NCBI RefSeq assembly: GCF_009914755.1
Contig: NC_060926.1
Length of the DNA: 64,000 bases
Strand: one strand, 5' to 3'
Source: the human T2T-CHM13v2.0 reference genome, Homo sapiens
In this document: piece by piece, positions 1 through 16,550 of the stretch
Layout of the letters: each line of letters starts with the position of its first letter
Position numbering within the stretch: position 1 is the stretch's first letter
Program-made: the position numbers and the translations under genes
Notes under the pieces: generated by a model
Databases searched by the model: none
What the model saw: only the letters and a program-made list of their open reading frames with translations
What the model was told of the DNA's origin: nothing

Positions 1-205
1 TGGCAACCACCATCTACTTTCTGTCTCCATGGAGTTGTGTATTCTGGACATTTCATATAAAAGGTTATAATAGGTGACCATTTGTATCTGGTGGCTTAGC
101 ATGCTTTTGAGTTTCATTCTAGCTGTGTACTTCCAAACCTATCAACTATGTAATACCAATACTTCAATTCTTTTTGTGGTTGAATAGTGCTGTGTTGTAT
201 GCATA
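1..205 (-). mobile_element. Old L1 (L1M) 3' fragment
   Basis: ggcaaccacc...ctactttctgtctc...attctggacatttcatataa resembles an antisense L1M 3' UTR. Confidence 0.65.
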
Positions 206-1027
206 TATCAGGCAGATAATTTCCTATATTTAAAAACACAGGTGAAGTCTCTTACAGTTTGTTTTGTCCCAGGCCACATGGGAAAGTGGCAGTGGGGCTG
301 AGCCTTTTGGCTACCCAGTCCCTACATTTTTTTCTAGAATATGTTCTCTTTTCTTAAACTTGCATAGTGACTGTTCTGATTTATTTTCCAAAAATTTACT
401 AATTTTTCCAGTAACTAACATCATGAAATAAGGGTGCAAGGGTTTGGAAAAAAACAAACCCAAGTTCAGAGACTCAGGGAGGAGGGCCGGGTGGAGGTCA
501 TTCAGTGCTGCCAGGCCTTTGGTGGGACACGGGATCCTCGATTGACCAGGACTGAGGCTGGCGGAAGGACCAATGCACCATTCAGAGCACTTTGCACCAT
601 TTCTTTGAGATCATCCATAATTTCTGTGTCTCCGCCCAAGGCTTTCAGAATTTTTCCTAGCCCTTAGAACTCCCCTCACCTGCCTTCCCTTGTGGTGCCT
701 TCCGGAGCTGCCACATCACCACAGGGATGATTTCTATTCTTGTGAATGTGCCTACACATTTCTCCTCTTCTGCTCCTCCCAGTGAAATCCCACTGGCTGA
801 CTTGGGGCAGCAGACAGCACCTTCTGTTCTATCCTGTGATTTCCTCTTGAAGTAAAATGCTCAGTCCTTTTAGGGGGCTCTCCTTCTGCTGGGTACAATT
901 GGGGTGCTGCCTCTGGGGCCCCCCAGGCACTGACCCTGCACCCTGCAGCAGATGTCCCACACCTAGGCCCTGCCTCCTAGTTGTGCCCTGTCTGCAGCCA
1001 AAGAACTCTGGCTGATACCTGCTCAGT

Positions 1028-1072
1028 GGAGAAAGAGAGAGAGAGAGAAAGAGAGAGAGAAGAGAGAGAAAA
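1028..1072. repeat. (GA)n simple repeat
   Basis: Visible GA run. Confidence 0.9.
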
Positions 1073-1569
1073 CGAGGGAAAGAGTGCAAGAGAGCACTAT
1101 TCAGCGAAGTGCATTAAAACTCTTGCTTGTAAAAGGCCAAGAGACCCAGTGGTCCCACTTTACCCTCAAGGTGCTCTGGGCCCAAGGAACATAGTTGGTG
1201 GCATGATTTTTTATGTCTTATAATTTACTTGACTATTAAAGGTGGCAGTAATAAAGTTTAGAAAGGGAATTATTTTGGCAAAAAATGTAGAGAGGACAGA
1301 GTTAGGAGGTGGGATCTGCAGGGTTTGACATTATATGTTATGTGTGCTAATGTAATATGAGACATTCCCTTCTCAAAGGAATTTGAGGTGAAGAAAATGG
1401 TGAGCTGGTGGTAATTTCTTTTGCTTCCTCATCAAGCACAGTATCAGTGAGGTAAGCACTTGTCCTTACTTCACGTCCCCTCCCTACATTACCTACAACC
1501 TTCTCCCACAGTTGACCAGTCACTTCACACTCCTCCCACACTTTGCCATAGGACCTATCTTGTAAACCC

Positions 1570-2015
1570 TGGAGGAAGCCATTCAGGCATAGCCACCGTC
1601 TGGCCACAGGAGTTGGTTCAGAAACAGTCATGTGACCTGACTGTAGTCAATGAAATAGGAGGGGAGGAGGTTTTTTGGTGTGCCGGCAAAAGACACTTCC
1701 TTGCTTACTTGCGAGATCTGTCAGAGGGGCATACTCTCTCATCTTGGAGAGGGTGGAGTTTGAGTATGAAGCTAGCCCTGGTGCAGCCATTTTGTCATTT
1801 TGAGGGAGACCACCTCTAGGATGAAGTGGCCCATGGAGGCAGAGTAGACAGACACTAAGTTCTAGGACACACTTGAGCCTCAGAATCAAACCTGCTCTGA
1901 AGCCTGCCCCAAGTTTGCCTTGCCAGTTCCCTGAGGTAGCAACTGCCCTTTACCGTTCAGGTTAATGCGAGTTGGTTTTCTGTTGCTTGCAACCCTAAGC
2001 ACTGTTATTAGCATA
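1570..2015 (+). mobile_element. MaLR LTR (MLT1J/K-like)
   Basis: catgtgacc...caatgaa, gcagccattttg and the 3' end gagttggttttctgttgcttgcaacc are typical of MLT1. Confidence 0.6.
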
Positions 2016-3583
2016 AGTAGTTGCTCCTGTTTCAGTTGCAGAGTCAGAAATGCAGCTCACATTGGCCTCAGGTGTGGAGGCTGGAATCCAGGTGCTTGGG
2101 TGGCACTTTCAGGAATCCCCTGACCTGCTCTCTTCCTGTCCAGACAGGCCCTGTCCACCTCGTGGCCTTCAGAGCTATGGCACATGTGCAACAGCTCAGC
2201 AGCCAGGCAGGAAGAGAGGGACCCTTTTTGGTTTTCAGCCTGACCAACCCAGCTGGCCATTGCTCTTCCTTGCAGTGGTCACTGGGGCCAGGAGCAAGGA
2301 TTGGCCCAGTCTAGTCAGTGTCTGCCCACACCAGAAGGTGGGGGGTCAACAACCAGCATCATGTAGTTTGGGCAGAGGGAGTGGGTGTCTGCAAGGGAAA
2401 ATGGGTGATGTAGCTCGGGGAAGGGACAGCAGATGCTTTCCCTTAGTCTCTGGACCATTCTAGTGATTGAAGTAATGTCACAGAAGAGAGCCCGGGAAGC
2501 CACAGGTCAGGCATTTCTGCCTTAAATGGGAAGTTAGTGGGGGTTCTACTACCTTCCTTTTCTGTGACTTTGATCTGAAGATCAGCAATATTTTTGTTTT
2601 TCTGGGTAGACGCTTGCCGACTGATTCCAAATGAAAATATTACCCGTGCAAGGAACCAATGTCTGACTAAAGAGATGAAGTGTCATCAATACCCATTCCT
2701 CACTGCTTCTGAAAGTGGCTGCAATTCTGAGGAAACCTGGACTGGTTTTCTAGCTAAAGTCATTCTTACTGTGTCTTGAGAGTGCAGAACTTTGATCTGC
2801 ACCATAGTCAGGGAAAGCAGCCACCTCTGCCCCTTTCTTTTCCTGCAAGGGGACTGGAGAGTCTCCTGTCACCTCCTGTTAGTGTGTATCATTTTTATTT
2901 TTCTTTACCCTGTTGCACTGAGTGTTGATAGTATCTCTTCTCTTTAAGTCTCTTCTCTGTATCCTCTACCTTACAACGTCAAGGCTGGCAAGATTTATAC
3001 TCTGTTCTCACTCTACAAGTAAAGCTTTGCCCATGGGTTGAGACCAGGAGTTGAGAATGGTGCTTACCCAGATTACAGCTGTAGACAGATGTTGACTGCA
3101 GAGCTGAGCAGGGGACTCCGATTGCCGTCCTTCTCTTCATAACAATGCCTTTACGGAACATATGCAAACCTCTGTTTTTTTTCAACAGTGTCTATGGGCT
3201 TATTGTGAATGCTGCAGAAATCACTGAGACCCCCAGATCCCTGGCTGTTCTCTCTGCCCCTCCTGATAGCCATGGGAGAATATTGACTCAACCTTTCCTT
3301 TGTCCCTAAGTGATCTCAGACCCCAAGATCCAACTACAATTCAGATTGTAGTTGGCCCTTGAGGGAATCGCCATGTCCACCTTCCTACTTCCCATTTACT
3401 TGTAAATGGACAAGTAAGTGCATGAGTGGCTCCCAGATTCCAGCATGGGACCCGGCTCCTGGGCATGTTGCCTGCCTCCATGAGGGGGCTTCCTCCACAT
3501 GTACGTCGAATGGATTTGTTGTTGAAGACGATGAGTTTGCACCGTAGACGCCTGCAGAATTGGTGCACAGTCACGCTCCACCA

Positions 3584-4197
3584 TGAAGGAAATAATGTAT
3601 ACAGTGGTCTCTTTCCAAGACAAAGTGCCTTAAATTGACTTAGGTCAGCGAACTACCGAAGAAACAGGATATACTAGGCCCCTGCTTAAATAGCGGATGC
3701 CTGCTTGTCGGCCTCCCCCTTTCCCCCTCTTCTCCCCCCGCCCTTTAGTTGCCTTCACCTGAACCAAAAAAGTTTAGTCTAAGATGAAAGCTTACTAGTC
3801 TCCAAAATAGCTCACTTTATCTGTTCTTATCAGCCTGCCCAGCTACTTAGGTCATAAGTCAAATGTACTTGAAGAGCCCTGAGCTAACTAGGATTGCAAT
3901 GTACTGTGGGCTGAAATAAAATGCAGCAAAAGAACCCTAAAAAAGACATCTAAAGCCCCTACCCAACAATCAGTTGGTGACATCCAGGAAGATTGTGACC
4001 CCATAGTACTCAACCTATGAGGAACTGGGGGAGGGACCTGCACACTAGGGGATGAATTGCTTGTTGAAACTGTGCTGGGTCTGCCTGCCTATCAGACGCC
4101 TGATCTTACAAGACTGTCATTAAAAGTCTCACTTTGGCTGTTTTCTGGGTCTCTGAGTCCATTCTTTGGGTTTGGATGGGTGAGTTTGTTTCTAACA
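3584..4197 (+). mobile_element. Solo ERV LTR, about 614 bp, family not assigned
   Basis: TG...CA ends (TGAAGGAAAT...TTTCTAACA); ATTAAA signal near 4119; near-TSD ACCA/ACTA. Confidence 0.75.
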
Positions 4198-6219
4198 ACT
4201 AGAGACATCCTTTGGGTGACCAATTGCATCATATTTAAACGACAGCCAGAAACAAGGAGCCTGCAAGCCAGCAGACTCAGCCATCCCATGGGCAGAGTGC
4301 AGCCTCAGGAGGGAGTCAGGCCTGGTTATATCCATTGGCCACAGGACTGGGTGCATCCTCTGGTGTGTTTAACAGCTGGGGCTGCACACCCACTTTTGTT
4401 TTCTCAGCTAGCCTCTCGTGTGCCATTCTAGCCACAGTGTCTCCTAAATTCACACTATAAAAATAACCGTCCTCGTTTCAAGCAACAAATTTCATTTCTA
4501 AGCTGATCACTTTCCTGGAGGTTGGGACCCTGTGATGACCTGAGTCAATCAGACGTGCCCTGGGGCTGGGCAGTGGAGTGACCTACCTCAGAATCCTGGC
4601 AGGGGAGGAAGAGCCACCAGCAGTGTCTGCCAAAACCGACATACCTTTACCTAGTGAAGAAATGTTTTTGTGTTTTTTTTATGGCTTGTGTTGTTGTCTT
4701 AGGAGGTTATATCTGTTTGCATCTCTGCTCATGTGGTCCTGTTTCTCCCTTTACTTCCTGTCTGCTCCCTTCCAGCCCTTTCTACCTTACCACCTCCTCC
4801 CCATTCTCTCCTCCTGGGGGCCTCCTCTCTCTGCCCACATATGCCCCTCTTATTGGCATCTGCAGAGGAATATGGTTCTCACTCTGTCTTCTTGCCACCC
4901 CTGCAGCTCATCCTGACAGTAAGTACAGGTAGTTGCTGCACTAAAGGTTTTCTTCTGCAGAAAACAACCATGCCATCCATCCCCTGTGAGGCGGCAGAGC
5001 CCTGGCCACGTGGGGCTTAGTGATAATGTGAAAAATTTCTCTCCCTGTCTTGGTGGGACACTCCTGCTCCTCTGTCTTCTATGCTAGAGTCTGAGCTCTC
5101 TGAGGAGAGGAATGGGCCAAGGTATCTTGGATTCTTCCTACTTAGCGTGGTGCAGGTGCCTAATGAAAACTTAAGTAAGGAGGCAAGGAAACAAGGAAAG
5201 ATGGGAGAAAGGAAGGCTGGAGAGGGAGTGTCCCTTTTCCTCACTGCACTCCGTGGAGTGCCCAGGATGCAGGGGGGTGGATTGGAAGTGCCTATCAGGC
5301 TTTATCTCTGGTGCAGGGGATCTTTTCTTCCTCTGCCTCCCTTTTTCTATCTCCTGAGTCTTTCTTCCCTGCTACCTTTGTAGACTTTGCCAATTAGCAG
5401 CTGTACATTTCCCCGGCTGAGTGACTTCACAACTGAAATTAAACCACAGTACTTAGAAAGCCCTGTCTTCGCATTTTCTCAGTCTCCCTTGCTGGTTCAG
5501 AGCTTGCAGTGTTTGCCAGTTACCACAAGATGATTAAACAGTTTCTGTTTCCATTCACCATCAATTCATCAGGCTGTGCAGGTGGCTCCTGGGAGTGGGG
5601 TGAATGCTTTGGCGGTAGGAGGTTGAGCTGTGGGTGCAGCTGCGGTGTTTATGCAGCTGTGGTGTTTACTAGAAGGCAGATGGTTTCTTTGCTCTCCGCC
5701 TTTGGGGATTTGTTCTTCATGCCCACCTGTCATTTGTGTGACTGCTTGGCCGTGGTTTCACCTTGTTGGTGTTGGACATAAAGCATTTTTTATTCTTGCC
5801 GTTTTCAACAAGAAGAGAATGCTGTAGGGAATTATCACAGGCTGAATCGGAGGTGTTTCTGGAAGCAAACTTGCAAAAGGGACCAGGAAAAAGGGGCAGG
5901 TTATTAAAGCAGGAGCATGCTGTGAAAGCAGCTTGATTTTGAAGTTCGTGTTGATGCTTAATTCCAGAATGTCTGTGCTACCTGGAATCATTCTGTGGTC
6001 GAAGGGTGGACACCTAGGGTGTCCCTGGTCATGATGGCATTCAAATTTGGTATCTGAAGATGTGTTTTCCACTAGATCAAAATTGATTTTTGATTTAGAT
6101 TTTGAGAAAACCATGCACAAAGACTGTTTTTAAAAATGTTTCAGCTTTTTGTTTTCATTTTTAATGCACAAAGGTCATTTTGTTGTTTGTGTTGCCTTGG
6201 CTATTCCTTCTTTTTAAAA

Positions 6220-7420
<1,201 letters not shown>

Positions 7421-7484
7421 TCTTACTTAAGAAAACAATGGCCCTACCATAATTCCATTTCTGATCATCTACTTTTTTCCACTA

Positions 7485-7620
7485 CTATATATATACATAT
7501 ATATACATTACATATTATACATATTATATATAAACATATACATATTATATATAAACAAATACACATATATTTGTGTGTGTATGTGTATGGGTGTGTGTGT
7601 GTATATATATATATATGTAT
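7485..7620. repeat. (TA)n/(TG)n low-complexity tract
   Basis: Visible dinucleotide repeats. Confidence 0.9.
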
Positions 7621-7621
7621 A

Positions 7622-8240
<619 letters not shown>

Positions 8241-8914
8241 ATTTAGACATGCACAAAAATGGGAAGACCTTGACATTGAGGATCTTTATATCCACTACCT
8301 AGATTCTGGCATTAACATGCTACTATACTTGCTTTATCACGTATTTGCCCATCTATTGATCTCTCTATTCACCATATCCCATTTTTGGGTTTTTGGGTGC
8401 ATTTCAAAATTACTAACATAAATATTCTTCCCCCTAAATAACTCAGTGTGCATACTGCTAAGAAGACTTCAATACATGCCAGATCTTTTTCATTTGCTGT
8501 AGAACTTCATACAATGAAATGCAAAAATCTTAAGTGTACATTCTCAGGGCTTTGCCAAATATATACACCTATGTAACCCAACCCCTATCAAAATACATAG
8601 AACATTATCATCGCCCCAAAAAGTTCTCTTATACCCTTGCCAGTCAACCCTTGCCTCCACCCTCCTGGAGGTAACCACGGTTGTGTGTGTTTTTCACCCC
8701 AGTATTGGTTAGTTTTGTCTGTTTTAGAACTTATTATCAGAATCACACAATTTGTTGACTCAACATATTTTAGTGGTATATTAATTCAATTTAATCTTGT
8801 ATAACGATGAAAATGAATGAACCACAACTACAACAGATACTAAAGATGACTCTTAATTAGCCATTGCTAAGTGAAAGAAGCCAGACACAAAAGAATACAT
8901 AGTAGATAATCCCA

Positions 8915-9225
8915 TTTCTTTTCTTTCTTTCTTTCTTCTTCTTTTTTTTTTTTTTTTCCAGATGGAGTCTTGCTCTGTCTCGCCCAGGCTGGAGTGCAAT
9001 GGCACGATCTTGGCTCACTTCAGCCTCTGCCTCCTGGGTTCAAGCAAGTCTCCCTAGCTGGGACTACAGGCATGTGCCACCACACCTGGCTAATTTTGTA
9101 TTTTTAGTAGAGACAGGGTTTCACCATATTGGCCAGGCTGGTCTTGAACTCATGACCTCAGGTTATCCATCTGCCTTGGCCTCTCAAAGTGCTGGGATTA
9201 CAGATGTGAGCCACCGCACCTGGCC
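8915..9225 (-). mobile_element. Alu (AluS-like)
   Basis: Antisense dimer with T/CT tail. Confidence 0.93.
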
Positions 9226-9257
9226 TATTTCTTTAATATTCAAAATACAAAAAATAC

Positions 9258-9390
9258 GTTGGGCATGTTGGTGTACTTATAGTCCCAACTACTTGGGAGG
9301 CTGAGGAAGGAGGATCGCTTGAGGCCTGGAGTTCAAGACAAGCCTGGGCAACATAATGAGACCCTGTCTCAAAATAAATAAATAAAAGAA
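9258..9390 (+). mobile_element. Alu monomer (FLAM-like)
   Basis: Single arm with A-rich tail. Confidence 0.8.
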
Positions 9391-9667
9391 GTAAAAAATA
9401 ATTTATGAAGTTATAAGGCAGGATAGCAGCTAGCACTTTCGGAGAGAGAAAGTAGTGATTGAGGGGGATCTTGTATGCTGGTCCTGGAATGTGATTTTCC
9501 TTGGCTTGGGTGTGGATTACACAGTTGAAGTTACTTTGCGATAATTCACTGGGCTGTACATTTACGACTCATGCCTCTGTTCTTGTTGCATTGTATGTTG
9601 CTACAGTGCTTTAAAAATAAGATACTTGTCATGTCCGTCAATTTTGTGTGTGTGCATGACACTACTG

Positions 9668-10420
9668 TGTGTATTAGCTATCTACTGATATGTAACAAAT
9701 TACTCCAAAATTTAGCAGCTTAAACCCCAATATATATTGTCTCACGCAGTGTCTGTGGGTCAGGAATTTCAGTGTCTTAATTGGGTGGCGCTGGGTCAGG
9801 CTCTCCCATAAGGTTGCATTTAGGATGTTGGCCCTGGCTTGACTGGGGCTGGAAGAGCCACTTCTACAATGGCTCATTGATATAGTTTGGATGTTTTTCC
9901 CTTCCAAATCTCATGCCTGATGTTGGAGGTGGGACCTAGTGGGAGGTGTTTGGGTCATGGGGGCAAATTCTTCATGAATGGCTTGGTGCTGACCTCCTGC
10001 TGGTGGTGAGTTCTCACTCTATTAGTTCACTTGAGAGCTGGTTGTTTAAATGACTCTGGCACCTCCTCCTCTCTTTCTTACCCCCTCTCTTGCCATGTGA
10101 CACACCTGCTCCCCTTTTGCCTTCTACTTCTACCATGAGTAGAAGTAGAAACCCTCACTGAGGCCTCATCAGAAGCCGAGCAAATGCTGATGCCATGCTT
10201 GTACAGCCTGCAGAATTGTGAGCCAAATAAACCTCTTTTATTTATAAATTACCCAGTCTCAGATGTTCCTCTATAGCAATGCAAAGTGGACTAATACACT
10301 CATTGACAGGGCTATTGGAATGAGACCTCAGTTCCTCTCCAGGTGGACTATTTATAAGGCTACTTGAGTGTCCTCACATCTTGGCAACTGGTTTCCTCCA
10401 GAGCAAGTGACCCACAAGAG
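9668..10420 (-). mobile_element. MLT1-type MaLR LTR split by an MST insertion
   Basis: gtaacaaattactccaaaatttagcagcttaaa...ctgtgggtcaggaattt; the sequence resumes after 10303. Confidence 0.65.
9878..10298 (+). mobile_element. MSTB-like MaLR solo LTR
   Basis: TGATATAGTTTGG...GGACTAATACA; AATAAA present; perfect 5-bp TSD CTCAT. Confidence 0.9.
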
Positions 10421-10429
10421 CACAGTACA

Positions 10430-11930
<1,501 letters not shown>

Positions 11931-13029
11931 CCAGGCTTCCTAGAGAGATCTCTCTCTCTCTCTCTTTTAGCTTAGAGGTTTGCAGGCTTATTCTTAGTCA
12001 TGGGACCGTTTTACAACCTGAATCCTGCACAGAACACCAATAGGGAAGTCAGATGATGGTGGAGCTGCTGGCCAGAGCTAGGCCCTCCCTAGACCTCATC
12101 ACATCTCCAACAGCTGTCCCCAGATGACCCTCACATGTGAGGCCTGACTCCCACCCCCAGAACTGATGCCATAAACCCAGGGCCGCTGCCTGCAGCCTGA
12201 GATCTAGGAACACTAATATTTGCCTAATCTCCATATCTTAGAGACCCAAGAAGACATAAAAGAGAAATTATAGCTGAGAACATGTCAAAAAATCATTGTT
12301 TATGATTTTATATGCCATTGTTATACAGATGGTATTTGAGGAAAACTACCAAGATTGTTAAATGTGGCGGTTTATATTTGAAGACAGAAAATACACAACT
12401 ATGCATGTTGCTTAGGGGATTGGAGCATAAGGATGTTTCTAAAATCCTGATTTTTCCGCGGCAGATTGTCACCTGTTTGCTCGAACAGTGTTAGCAATTT
12501 AGATATTATTATTATGATAAACCGGTGTTCAAGCTTTCAGCTAGTTTCCAGAATACATTTTTATCCAGCTTTAATTTATTTATGAATTTGTTATGGCAGC
12601 AGTTCAAATGAGGAACATACTCCATCTAGTGGTTCTTTTTAACTATGCAATTTAAAATAAAATTTAAACATTTATTTGAAATAGGTGTTATTTTAACTTG
12701 GTTCAAAAGTCAGAAAGCATAAAAAAATAGAGTACTGTTTCCCATCTACTGAATTTTCCCACCTCCACCCCACATACCCAAAAGGTAAAAACTGTTAGTT
12801 TCTAGTGTGTCCTTAAAGAAATTAAAAAAAATACACACACATGCAAGCAATATGTGTATTGTTAATCACTATTTCTGTCCATATAACATTATTCTCATCC
12901 CTTGTAGGGCATTTTGGGAATGGGAATGAGAATAGACCTATAATTAGAATTGTCTAACATGTCTCTGTTGAGAAATTTATTTGATATAAGGAATTCGGGT
13001 GTTAATAGTTGAGAGCTGTTTAGTAATAG

Positions 13030-13343
<314 letters not shown>

Positions 13344-13809
13344 TCAAGGTCTGTTTATTTTATAGGTTTTGATCATTTCTTCAGTTCCTTTGGGCGATGT
13401 GTGTATTATCTGTGCATTAGTGGCCCTCATCTACTGATTTCTTGGATTAAAATTATGAAATAATTCTTCAGGTTTTATTTTAATACTTTGTGGTTTTATT
13501 TTTCTTCATGTCAATTGTTGATCTATTTGGAATTTATTCTAGTACGTGGTGTGAAATGGGGATCTGACTTAATTTTCCTTTCCAGTTGGCCACCCAGCTG
13601 GATGTTTCAGTAATGTTTGTTTTTCCCATGATTTGATATACCACATTTGTCTTACATATATTAAATTTCCATATATACTTACTTCTGTTTCTCAATATTC
13701 TATTTTATTCTATTGGTCTATCTGCCTGTTTTGCACAATTTGAGTTACTTAAGGCCTTATCACACATCTTTTTAAAAAAAATTTTACGGGAGATTTGCCC
13801 CTTTTATTT

Positions 13810-16550
13810 TTTCTTCAGCTTTTTTTAAATTCAGGGGTACATGTGCAGGATGTGCACATTTGTTACATAGGTAAACGTGGGCCGTGGTGGTTTGCTGTAC
13901 AGATCATCTCATCATCTAGGTATTCAGCCCAGCATCCATTAGCTATTCTACCTGATGCTCTCCCTCCTCCAACCCCCCACAAGACAGGCTCCAGTGCATG
14001 TTGTTCTCACCATGTATCCATATGTTCTCATCATTCAGCTCCCACTTATAAGTGAGAACATGTGCTGTTTTGGTTTTCCATTCCTGCATTAGATTGCTGA
14101 GGATAATGGCTTCCAACTTGTCCATGTTCCTGCAAATGTCCTAATCGCATTCCTTTGTATGTCTGCATAGTATTCCATGGTATATATGTACCACATTTTC
14201 TTTATTCAGTCTATCATTGATGGGTATTTAGGTTGATTCCATGTCTTTGCTAATGTAAATAGTGCTGCAGTGAACATATGCATGCATGTATCTTTATAAT
14301 AGAATGATTTATATTCCTTTGGGTATATACCCAGTATTGGGATTGTGGGGTCAATTGGTATTTCTGCATCTAGGTCTTTGAGGAATCACCACACTGTCTT
14401 CCACGGTGGTTGAACTAATTTACACTTTTACCAACAGTGTAAAAGTGTTCCTCGTTCTCCGCAACCTCGCCGGCATCTGTTGTTTTTTCACTTTTTAATA
14501 ATCAACATTCTGACTGATGTGAGCTGGTATCTCATGGTTTTGACGTGCATTTCTCTAATGATCAGTGATGTTGAGCCTTTTTTCATATGTTTGTTAGCCA
14601 CATGTATGTCTTCTTTTGAGAAGTGTCTGTTCAGGTCCTTTGCCTACCTTTTAATGGGGTTTTTTTTTTTCTTGTCAATTTGTTTAAGTTCCTCATAGAC
14701 TCTGGATATTAGACTTTCGTCAGATAGATCGATTGCAAGAATTTTCTCCCATTCTGTAGGTTGTTCACTCTGATGATAGTTTCTTTTGCTGTCCAGGAGC
14801 TCTTTGGTCTAATTAGATCCGATTCGTCAATTTTTGCTTTTGTTGCAGTCATTTTTGGTGTCTTCATTATAAAATCTTTGCCCATGCCTATGTCCTGAAT
14901 GATATTCCCTAGATTTTCTTCTAGGGTTTTTATAATTTTGGGTTTTACATTTAAGTCTTTAATCCAACTTGAGTTAATTTTTATATATGGTGTAAGGAAG
15001 GGGTCTAGTTTTAATTTTCTGCCTATAACTTGCCAGCTCTCCCAGCACCATTTATTAAATAGGGAGTCCTTTTCCCATTCCTTGTTTTTGTCAGGTTTGT
15101 CAAAGATTAGATGCTTGTAGGTGTGCAGTTTTATTTCTGAGTTCTTTGTTCTGTTCCATTGGTCTATGTGTCTGTTCTTGTACCAGTATCATGCTGTTTT
15201 AGTTACTATAGCCTTGTAGTATAGTTTGAAGTCAAATAGTGTGATGCTTCCAGCTTTGTTCTTTTTCCTTAGGATTGTCTTGGTTATCTGGGCTCCTTTT
15301 TGGTTCCATATGAATTTTAAAATGATTTTTTCTAATTCTGTGAAGAATGTCAATGGGAGTTTAATGTGAATAGCATTGAATCTATACATTATTTGGGGCA
15401 GTATGGCCATTCTCTGATGGCTGTATTTTTGTGGGGTCAGTAGTGATATCCCCTTTATCATTTCTGGTTGAGTTTATTTGATTCTTCTAACTTTTCTTCC
15501 TTATTAGTCTAGCTAGTGGTCTATTTAATTTGTTCAAAAAACCAGCTCCTGGGTTCATTGATTTTTTGAAGTGTTTTTCTTGTCTATCTCCTTCAGTTCA
15601 GCTCTGATCTTGGTTATTTCTTGTCTTCTGCTAGCTTTGGGAGTTTATTGCTCTTGGTTCTCTTGTTCTTTTAGTTGAGATGTTAGGTTGTTAACTTGAG
15701 ATCTTTCTAGCTTTTTGACGTGGACATGTAGTGCTATAAAGTTCCCTCTTAACACTGCTTTACCTGCGTCACAGAGATTCTGGTACATCATTTCTTTGTT
15801 CTCATTAGTTTCAAAGAACTTCTTGATTTCTGCCTTAATTTCATTATTTACCCAAGACTCATTCAGGAGCAGGTTGTTCCGTTTCCTGTAGTTGTGTGGG
15901 TTTAAGTGAATTTCTTAATCTTGAGTTCTAATTTGATTGCTCTGCAGTCTGAGAGATTGTTTGTTATGATTTCAGTTCCTTTGCATTTGCTGAGGAGTAT
16001 TTTACTTCCAATTGTGTGATCAGTTTTAGAGTAAGTGCCATGTAATGATGAGAAGAATGTATATTTTGTTGTTTTTGGGTGGAGAGTTCTGTAGATATCT
16101 GTCAGGTCTACTTGATCCTGAGGTTGAGTTCAGGTCCTAAATATCTTTGTTAATTTTCTTTCTTGATGATTTGTCTACTATTGTCAGTGGGGTGGTAAAG
16201 TCTCCCAGTATTATTGTGTGAGAGTCTACGTCTCTTTGTAGGTCTCTAAGAATTTGCTTTATGAATCTGGGTGCTCCTGTATTGGGTGCATGTTTATTTA
16301 GGATAGTTGGCTCTTCTTGTTGAATTGAACACTTTACTGTTATGTAATGCCCTTCTTTGTCTTTTATAATCTTTGTTGGTTGAAAGTCTATTTTTTCAGA
16401 AACTAGGATTGCAACCCTTGATTTTTTTTCCATTTGCTCGGTAAATTTTTCTTTATCCCTTTATTTTGAGCCCATGTGTGTCTTTGCACATGGATAGGTC
16501 TCTTGAAGACAACATACTGATGGGTCTTGGCGCTTTATCCAGCTTGGCAA
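13810..16550 (-). mobile_element. L1PA-type LINE-1 (older L1PA): 3' UTR, ORF2 C-terminal part and ORF2 endonuclease region, with an internal deletion
   Basis: ORF 15189..15461 (MAILP..YRFNAI.IKLP..FF.ELEK) and ORF 16137..16433 (VAILVSEK.DF.PTKI..DKEGHYI...GDF.TPL) are L1 ORF2 peptides. Confidence 0.93.

Noticed and set aside
3175-3310. Strong-looking acceptor (ttttttttcaacag) as a cryptic exon
   Set aside because: No matching donor or recognisable peptide; such sites are common in introns.
12312-12494. 60-aa ORF as the missing upstream ACOXL exon or a pseudogene
   Set aside because: No resemblance to ACOX N-termini that I can see, and no convincing donor site.
13810-16550. L1 ORF2 peptides as a functional gene or active element
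   Set aside because: Fragmented by stops and frameshifts, with the RT region deleted and no 5' UTR or ORF1.
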